64,000 nucleotides of DNA from Pseudomonadota bacterium (GTDB lineage: Bacteria; Pseudomonadota; Gammaproteobacteria; Steroidobacterales; Steroidobacteraceae), in assembly GCA_025355105.1 (NCBI GenBank), contig JANYAE010000128.1, forward strand, positions 9,850 through 73,849. Direction: 5' to 3'. Numbering within the stretch: position 1 is the stretch's first letter; each line of letters starts with the position of its first letter. The position numbers and the translations under genes are program-made. This document shows positions 24,248 to 31,181 of this stretch, piece by piece. The notes beneath the pieces were generated by a model. That model was not told the origin of the DNA. It saw only the letters and a list, made by a program, of their open reading frames with translations, and ran no database searches.

Positions 24248-27200
24248 ATGGGCTTTCGTCAAATGGCGTCCTGGGTTCTGGTGGCGACGATGCTGGCGGT
24301 GTTGCCAGCGGCAGCCGACGCGTCCTGTGCCACGCCTGCCAACGCCATTGAGGCCGAGAATTGCCTGCCGGGCACGCCGGACACCGTCTGGGACATCCCG
24401 ACGAGCGACGCGGGCGACGCGACGATCCAGGGCTACGCGACCCAGATCAGCGTGACCCCGGGGAGCACGGTCAGCTTCAAGGTCAAGACGACGGCCAACG
24501 CGTACACGATGGACGTGTACCGGATGGGCTACTACCAGGGCAACGGCGCCCGCAAGGTCACGAGCCTGACCCCGTCCGTGCCGCTGCCGCAGGCTCAGCC
24601 CGCCTGCCTGACCGATGCCGCGACGAATCTGATCGATTGCGGCAACTGGGCCGTGTCGGCGTCGTGGGCAGTGCCGGCCAACGCGGTCTCCGGAATCTAC
24701 TTCGTCGTCCTCAAGCGCACCGACACCGGTGGCAAGAGCCACATGGTGTTCGTGGTCCGCGATGACACGAGCCATGCCGCGATTCTGTTCCAGGCCTCCG
24801 ACACCTCGTGGCAGGCCTACAACGACTACGGCGGCGAGAATTTCTACGGTTGCGGCGGCTTCAACCAGGCGTGCCGCGCCTTCAAAGTCAGCTACAACCG
24901 CCCGTTCAATACCCGCAGCTTCGAGCCGCAGACGTGGGTGTTCTCCGGCGAGTACCCGATGATTCGCTGGCTTGAGGCGAACAGCTACGACGTCAGCTAT
25001 TCGACCGCGACCGACACCGATCGCAACGGCGCGCTGCTGCTCAATCACAAGCTGTACCTGTCGAACGGCCACGACGAGTACTGGTCAGGCGCGGAACGCG
25101 CCAACGTCGAGGCGGCGCGCGCGGCCGGCGTCAACCTCGCGTTCTTCAGCAGCAATGCCATCTACTGGAAGACGCGTTGGGAGTCGAGCATCGACGGCTC
25201 GGGGACGCCGTACCGCACGCTCGTCTCGTACAAGGAGACCTGGTCGAACGCCAAGATCGATCCGAACGCCGCCTGGACCGGCACGTGGCGCGACCCGCGC
25301 TTCAGCCCGCCGTCTGACGGCGGCCGGCCCGAGAACGCGCTGATGGGCATGTTGTCGCGCTACGTGACCTCGGAGATCGGCGCGATCTCGGTCGCCCAGG
25401 CGGATGGTCAGTTGCGCTTCTGGCGCAATACGCCGGTGGCCTCGCTGCCGACCGGTGGTACGACGGCGCTGGCGCCGGGATCGCTCGGCGAAGAGGTTGA
25501 CATCGACGAGGACAACGGCTTCCGTCCTGCCGGCCTGATGCACCTGTCGACGACGCCGATCACCGGCAGCGACTGTCTGGTTGACTACGGCAACATCACC
25601 AGCACGTGCAGTTCGACGCACGCGGTCACCCTATACCGCCACTCGAGCGGCGCCCTGGTGCTCAGCACCGGCACCTACTGGTGGTCGTGGGGCCTCGACA
25701 CGAATCACGATCAGCCGGCGACCGGCGGCTCAACCGATTCGAGCATGCAGCAGGCGACGGTCAACTTCCTGGCCGACGTACGCATCCAGCCGGCCACCCT
25801 GCAGGCAGGCCTCGTTCTCGCGACCGCGTCGACCGACACGATCGCGCCGACCTCGCACATCAGCAGCCCGTCGGCCGGCGCAAGCTTTCCGGCCGGCGCG
25901 ACGGTGACGATCACCGGCACCGCGACCGACACGGGCGGCGTGGTCGCCGGCGTGGAAGTGTCGGTCGACGGCGGCGTCACCTGGCACCCGGCCTCCGGTC
26001 GGTCCAGCTGGAGCTACGCTTGGGCCGCCGCGGGGCTCGCGAACGCCTCGATCATGAGCCGCGCGGTCGACGACAGCGGCAACGTCGAGACGCCGGGGGC
26101 GGGCGTCAACGTCACGGTGAGCGGCGGCGGCTACAACATCTGGTCGCCGACGGCCAATCCTTCGGAGCCGCAGGCGCTGGCGTCCGGCGGACCGGACAAC
26201 CCGATCGAGGTCGGTGTGAAGTTCCGCGCCGACGTCCCGGGCACGATCAGCGGTATCCGCTTCTACAAGCTGGCGGCGAACGCCGGCACACACATCGGCA
26301 GTCTGTGGTCGGCGTCCGGTCAGCTGCTGGCGAGCGCGACCTTCACCAACGAAGCGTCCTCAGGCTGGCAGGAAGTGCATTTCGCGACGGCCGTCGCCAT
26401 CGCACCGAACACCGTCTACGTCGCCTCGTACCACTCGACCGGCGGCAACTACGCCGACACCATCAATTACTTCGTCGGCAACGGCACCGACACCCCGCCG
26501 CTGCACGCGCTGAGCAATACGGTCGGCGGCGGCAACGGCGTGTTCGCCTACGGCGCCACGAGCATCTTCCCGACCACCAGCTTCAGCGCGTCCAACTACT
26601 GGGTTGACGTCAGTTTCCAGCCTTCGGCGACGCTCGCATCGCTGGCCGTCACGCCGTCCAACCCGATCGTCGGGATCGGCAGTACCGTGCAGATGACCGC
26701 GACCGGCACCTACTCGGATGGTTCGACGCAGGACTTCTCGAACCTGGTCAGTTGGAGCTCATCCAACACTGCCGCAGCGACGGTCAGCAGCGGCGGTGTC
26801 GTGACCGGCGTGGCCAACGGTACGGCGACGATTTCAGCGTCGGTGTCCGGCCTGACAAGCTCGGTCGTCGCGACCGTCAAGGTCATCCCGGTGAGCGTGA
26901 CGACCACGACGCTGCCGGCCGCGAACCAGAATGCCGGCTACTCGGCGACGCTGGCCGGCACCGGTGGCACACCGCCGTACACCTGGTCGGCGGTCAATCT
27001 GCCGGCCGGCCTGACGCTGAACGCCGCAACCGGCGTCATCAGCGGCATGCCGACCGGCCCTGGCCCGTTCAACGTCACGGTGCAGATCACCGACTCGTCC
27101 CAGCCGGCGCAGACCGCGCCCGGCTCGGTGGCGCTCGCCGTGGCGCCTGCCGCGCTCGCTGCGTGGCCGGTGACGGCCGCGCCGACCGTCGCCGATGCGG

Positions 27201-30200
27201 GACCTGACAGCGCGGTCGAGCTGGGCGTGAAGTTCACCGTGGACGTGTCCGGATCGATCACCGGCGTGCGCTTCTATAAGTCCGCCGCCAACACCGGTAC
27301 GCACGTCGCGAACCTGTGGTCAGCGGCCGGCACGTTGCTCGCGAGCGCAAGCTTCGCGAACGAAAGTGCCTCCGGCTGGCAGCAGGCGAACTTCGCCGCG
27401 CCGGTGGCGGTCACTGCCGCCACCGTCTACGTCGCCTCGTACCACTCGACCAGCGGCCACTTCGCCCTCGATGCCAGCTATTTCGCGACGCAGGGCGTCG
27501 ACAACGCGCCGCTGCACCTGCTCGCGAACGGCGTGTCGGGCGCGGACGGCGTCTTCGCCTACGGCTCGGCGAGCGTGTTCCCGAGCTCGACGTACAACTC
27601 GAGCAACTACTGGGTCGACGTTGCGTTCCAGCGGCCGAATCCGACCTCGGTGTCGGTTGCGCCGACCAACGGCGTCGTGCAGCCGGGAACTACGCAGCAG
27701 TACAGCGCCACCGGCACCTATCCTGACGGCAGCAGCGGCGACGTCACGACCCAGGTGACCTGGACGTCCGCGAACACCGCGGTCGCCACCGTCAGCGCGA
27801 CCGGCGTGGTGCGAGGCATCAGCACCGGCACTTCGACGATCACGGCGTCGATCGGTGGTCTCGCGACTGCCGTCCCGGTCACGGTCAAGGTCATCCCGCT
27901 GGCCGTCGCAACGACGGCGCTGCCGGCGGCGAACCAGAACGCGGGCTACACGGCGCTCGTGTCCGGTATCGGCGGCACGGCGCCGTACAGCTGGGCGGCG
28001 GTCGGTGCGCTGCCCGCGGGCCTGACGCTGAACGCGACGACCGGTGCCATCAGCGGTACGCCGACCGCGGCCGGCACGTTCAGCATCGCGCTGCAGGTCT
28101 CCGATTCGGCGAGTCCGATTCAGACCGCCGCCGGTTCGGTGACGTTGACGGTCGCCGCCGGGGCGCTCAGCGGCTGGCCGCTCGCGGCGACCCCGGTGCT
28201 CGCCGACGCAGGCCCTGACGCGGCCGCCGAGCTCGGCGTGAAGTTCCGCACCGATTCTGACGGCACCGTGACCGGCGTCCGCTTCTACAAGTCGGCGGCC
28301 AACGTCGGCACGCATATTGCGAACCTGTGGACCTCGACGGGCACGCTGCTCGCGACGGCGACCTTCGTCAACGACAGCGCCTCAGGCTGGCAGCAAGCGA
28401 ACTTCGCGACGCCGGTCGCGGTGACCGCGAACACGGTCTACGTGGCGTCCTACCACGCGACCAGCGGCCACTACGCGCTTGATCAGAACTACTTTGCGGG
28501 CGCCGGAATCGACGCGCCGCCGGTGCACCTGCTGGCGGATGGTGTCTCCGGTCCGGATGGCGCGTACAGCTACGGTGCGACGAGCGCGTTCCCGGCGACG
28601 GGCTTCAAGGCCAGCAACTACTGGGTGGACGTTGCCTTTGCGCCCGGTGCGCCGACCGTCGCCACGGTGACCCTGCCGACCGCGACCCAGGCGGCCGGCT
28701 ACTCCGCGTCGCTGGCCGCGACCGGCGGACTGGCGCCGTATTCGTGGACCGCGACGAGCGCGCTGCCGGCAGGACTGTCAATGACGGCCGCCGGCAACCT
28801 GAGCGGCACGCCGACCACCGCCGGGTCCTCGAGCTTCACGGTCCAGGTGGCCGATGCGCAGAACCCCTCGAAGACCGGCAGCGCGAGCGTTTCGCTCGTC
28901 GTGGCAGCCGCGGGCTCGTCCGCCTGGGCGACCGCGGCGACTCCGACCGTCAGCGACGCCGGTCCCGACAGCCCGGTTGAGCTCGGCGTCAAGTTCCGCT
29001 CCGACGTGAGCGGCAATATCACCGGCGTGCGCTTCTACAAGTCGGTGGCGAACACCGGCACGCACGTGGCGAACCTGTGGACGACCTCCGGCACGCTGCT
29101 CGCAACGGCGACGTTCGGCAACGAGAGCGCATCCGGCTGGCAGCAGGCGAATTTCGCGAGCCCGGTGGCGATCACCGCCAACACCGATTACGTGGCCTCG
29201 TACCACACCAACGTCGGCCACTTCGCGGCAGACGGCGGCTTCTTCAGCGGCAAGGGCGTCGACAACGCGCCGCTGCACCTGCTCGCCGACGGCATCGACG
29301 GCGGCGACGGCGTGTTCAGCTACGGCGTCACGAGCACGCTGCCGGCGTCGACCTTCAACGCGACCAACTACTGGGTCGACGTGGCGTTCGCGGCCAACGC
29401 GCCGCCGCCGCCGCCGCCGCCTGACACGATTGCGCCGTCAGTCGCGATCTCGGCGCCGACCGCCGCAGCGACCTACACCGCGACCGCCGCGACACTGACG
29501 GTCGCCGGAACGGCCGCCGACAACGTCGGCGTCACGCAGGTCAGCTGGAGCAACAGCCTCGGCGGCTCCGGGACGGCGGCTGGCACCACGAGCTGGTCGG
29601 CGGCGGGCATCGTGCTGAAAGCAGGCAGCAACCTGATCACCGTGACGGCGAGCGACGCGGCCGGCAACCACTCGGCGGCGACGCTGTCGGTGAGCTACAC
29701 GCCGCCGGACACGACCGCGCCGACTGTGGCCATCACGGCGCCGACCAGCGCCGCGACGTTCAGCACCAGCACGGCGCCGCTGACGCTCGGCGGCACGGCC
29801 GCCGACAACGTCGGGGTGGTCGCGGTCAACTGGACCAACAGCCTCGGCGGGGCCGGCACGGCCACCGGTACGAGCGCCTGGAGCGTGCCGACGATCGCGC
29901 TGAAGTCGGGGCTCAACACGATCACCGTGACCGCGAGCGACGCCGCCGGCAACGTCGCCACGGCGACCCTGGGCGTGACCTACACGGCGCCGCCGGACAC
30001 GACCCCGCCGACCATCGCGATCACCAGCCCGACGACGGCGGCGACGTTCACGACCACCGCCGGGTCGCTGACGGTCGGCGGCACGGCCTCGGACAACGTC
30101 GGCGTCGCCTCGGTCACCTGGGTGAACAGTCGTGGCGGCAGCGGCACGGCGAGCGGCACCACCAGCTGGTCGGCAGCAGGCGTCGCGCTGCAGTCCGGCT

Positions 30201-30913
30201 CGAACGTGATCACCGTGACGGCGAAAGATGCTGCCGGCAACAGCAAGACGGCGACGCTCACGGTCACCTTCAATCCGCCGGCCGGCTATGGCCTGGTTGC
30301 CGCGTACTCGTTCAACGAGGGCACGGGCGTGACGGTCAACGACGCGTCGGGCAACGGCAATACTGGCTCGATCACCGGCGCGACCTGGACCATGAACGGT
30401 CGCTTCGGCAAGGCGCTGGTGTTCAACGGCACGAATTCGCGGGTGTTCGTCAACGCGTCCTCGAGCCTCAACTTCACCGCCGGCATGAGCCTGGAAGCGT
30501 GGGTGTTTCCGACGGCGGCGCAGACCGGCAATCGCACCATCATCTACCGTGAGCAGGATGTCGCGTACCTGCGCGCCAGCCAGGCGGCGCGGGCGCGCGT
30601 CCCGGCAGGCGGGGGCACGATCGGCGGGACGGTGCTGCAGACGACCGGCAGCACCGCGCTGGCGCTCAATACGTGGCAGTTCCTGACGGTGACCTACGAC
30701 GGCACGATCCTGCGTCTGTACGTGAACGGTACGCAGGTGGCGAGCGGCACGGCGACCGGTGCGCTCGCGACCAGCCTCAATCCGCTGTGGATCGGCGGCA
30801 ACAATCCGTTCGGCGAGTACTTCCAGGGTCGGATCGACGAAGTGCGCGTCTACAACCGTGCGCTGAGCGCGGCGGAGATCGCCGTCGACCAGACAACGGC
30901 GATCACGCCTTAA
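24248..30913 (+). CDS. Giant secreted multidomain protein. Domain order: N,N-dimethylformamidase-large-subunit-like domain, Ig-like domain, 4x DUF4082-type modules interleaved with Big_2-like and 'putative Ig' domains, three tandem Ig-like repeats, then a C-terminal LamG/ConA-like domain.
   Basis: SD GAGGAG (24235-24240) lies 7 nt before ATG 24248; the ORF is open from GTG 24242. The signal peptide is MGFRQMASWVLVATMLAVLPAAADA. N-domain motifs are AENCLPGTP, YRMGYYQGNGARK and SNGHDEYWS. DUF4082 cores (GPDxxxELGVKF...GVRFYK...GTHxANLW...SGWQQANF...VYVASYH...NYWVDVAF) lie at 26186-26617, 27200-27628, 28211-28639 and 28961-29389. A Pro7 linker lies at 29402-29422. The LamG-like tail has LVFNG..., LEAWVFP, WQFLTVTYDG..LRLYVNG and GRIDEVRVYNRALS. 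Confidence 0.85.
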   Translation: MGFRQMASWVLVATMLAVLPAAADASCATPANAIEAENCLPGTPDTVWDIPTSDAGDATIQGYATQISVTPGSTVSFKVKTTANAYTMDVYRMGYYQGNGARKVTSLTPSVPLPQAQPACLTDAATNLIDCGNWAVSASWAVPANAVSGIYFVVLKRTDTGGKSHMVFVVRDDTSHAAILFQASDTSWQAYNDYGGENFYGCGGFNQACRAFKVSYNRPFNTRSFEPQTWVFSGEYPMIRWLEANSYDVSYSTATDTDRNGALLLNHKLYLSNGHDEYWSGAERANVEAARAAGVNLAFFSSNAIYWKTRWESSIDGSGTPYRTLVSYKETWSNAKIDPNAAWTGTWRDPRFSPPSDGGRPENALMGMLSRYVTSEIGAISVAQADGQLRFWRNTPVASLPTGGTTALAPGSLGEEVDIDEDNGFRPAGLMHLSTTPITGSDCLVDYGNITSTCSSTHAVTLYRHSSGALVLSTGTYWWSWGLDTNHDQPATGGSTDSSMQQATVNFLADVRIQPATLQAGLVLATASTDTIAPTSHISSPSAGASFPAGATVTITGTATDTGGVVAGVEVSVDGGVTWHPASGRSSWSYAWAAAGLANASIMSRAVDDSGNVETPGAGVNVTVSGGGYNIWSPTANPSEPQALASGGPDNPIEVGVKFRADVPGTISGIRFYKLAANAGTHIGSLWSASGQLLASATFTNEASSGWQEVHFATAVAIAPNTVYVASYHSTGGNYADTINYFVGNGTDTPPLHALSNTVGGGNGVFAYGATSIFPTTSFSASNYWVDVSFQPSATLASLAVTPSNPIVGIGSTVQMTATGTYSDGSTQDFSNLVSWSSSNTAAATVSSGGVVTGVANGTATISASVSGLTSSVVATVKVIPVSVTTTTLPAANQNAGYSATLAGTGGTPPYTWSAVNLPAGLTLNAATGVISGMPTGPGPFNVTVQITDSSQPAQTAPGSVALAVAPAALAAWPVTAAPTVADAGPDSAVELGVKFTVDVSGSITGVRFYKSAANTGTHVANLWSAAGTLLASASFANESASGWQQANFAAPVAVTAATVYVASYHSTSGHFALDASYFATQGVDNAPLHLLANGVSGADGVFAYGSASVFPSSTYNSSNYWVDVAFQRPNPTSVSVAPTNGVVQPGTTQQYSATGTYPDGSSGDVTTQVTWTSANTAVATVSATGVVRGISTGTSTITASIGGLATAVPVTVKVIPLAVATTALPAANQNAGYTALVSGIGGTAPYSWAAVGALPAGLTLNATTGAISGTPTAAGTFSIALQVSDSASPIQTAAGSVTLTVAAGALSGWPLAATPVLADAGPDAAAELGVKFRTDSDGTVTGVRFYKSAANVGTHIANLWTSTGTLLATATFVNDSASGWQQANFATPVAVTANTVYVASYHATSGHYALDQNYFAGAGIDAPPVHLLADGVSGPDGAYSYGATSAFPATGFKASNYWVDVAFAPGAPTVATVTLPTATQAAGYSASLAATGGLAPYSWTATSALPAGLSMTAAGNLSGTPTTAGSSSFTVQVADAQNPSKTGSASVSLVVAAAGSSAWATAATPTVSDAGPDSPVELGVKFRSDVSGNITGVRFYKSVANTGTHVANLWTTSGTLLATATFGNESASGWQQANFASPVAITANTDYVASYHTNVGHFAADGGFFSGKGVDNAPLHLLADGIDGGDGVFSYGVTSTLPASTFNATNYWVDVAFAANAPPPPPPPDTIAPSVAISAPTAAATYTATAATLTVAGTAADNVGVTQVSWSNSLGGSGTAAGTTSWSAAGIVLKAGSNLITVTASDAAGNHSAATLSVSYTPPDTTAPTVAITAPTSAATFSTSTAPLTLGGTAADNVGVVAVNWTNSLGGAGTATGTSAWSVPTIALKSGLNTITVTASDAAGNVATATLGVTYTAPPDTTPPTIAITSPTTAATFTTTAGSLTVGGTASDNVGVASVTWVNSRGGSGTASGTTSWSAAGVALQSGSNVITVTAKDAAGNSKTATLTVTFNPPAGYGLVAAYSFNEGTGVTVNDASGNGNTGSITGATWTMNGRFGKALVFNGTNSRVFVNASSSLNFTAGMSLEAWVFPTAAQTGNRTIIYREQDVAYLRASQAARARVPAGGGTIGGTVLQTTGSTALALNTWQFLTVTYDGTILRLYVNGTQVASGTATGALATSLNPLWIGGNNPFGEYFQGRIDEVRVYNRALSAAEIAVDQTTAITP
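26186..29389 (+). repeat. Intragenic array of four ~430-nt DUF4082-type module repeats with spacer Ig-type domains
   Basis: Core copies lie at 26186-26617, 27200-27628, 28211-28639 and 28961-29389, giving a periodicity of 1014, 1011 and 750 nt. The first two spacers contain Big_2-like plus 'TLPAANQNAGY...PPYxW...LPAGLTLN' domains. The third spacer has only the latter. Confidence 0.8.
29423..30280 (+). repeat. Three tandem 95-96-codon Ig-like repeats inside the giant gene
   Basis: Units lie at 29423-29707, 29708-29995 and 29996-30280. Each reads DT(I/T)(A/P)PxxAIxxPTxAATxxTxxxxLTxxGTAxDNVGVxxVxWxNSxGGxGTAxGTxxWSxxxxxLxxGxNxITVTAxDAAGN... Confidence 0.85.
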
Positions 30914-31068
30914 CGGTGGGCCGCCCCGGCGCCGTCAGGTCCCTGGGCGGTGCTGTTGGCGGCGACCGCGCCTCGCTGCGGACGGCAGCAGCGGCGCGCG
31001 GCGACACGCGGCGGTAGCGCCGCGCTGGGGACGAGGCGCGCCGAATGCCGGCGCGGTGCGAGGTGCCG

Positions 31069-31084
31069 TGGCGGCACTCCTGCA
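31069..31084 (+). promoter_or_regulatory. Candidate sigma-54 (-24/-12) promoter upstream of the 919-aa secreted-protein gene
   Basis: TGGCgg-cactc-cTGCA has the canonical GG-N10-GC spacing. It lies about 98 nt upstream of ATG 31182 and overlaps an 8-bp inverted repeat (CCGTGGCG / CGCCACGG). Confidence 0.3.
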
Positions 31085-31181
31085 CGCCACGGGCCGAGAC
31101 GCGGAGTCGAACGAGTAACGGAATAGCAAATCGCCGCGTCCGCCCAGATGGGAGCGCCGGTAGCGAAGGGGATCTGTCGTC

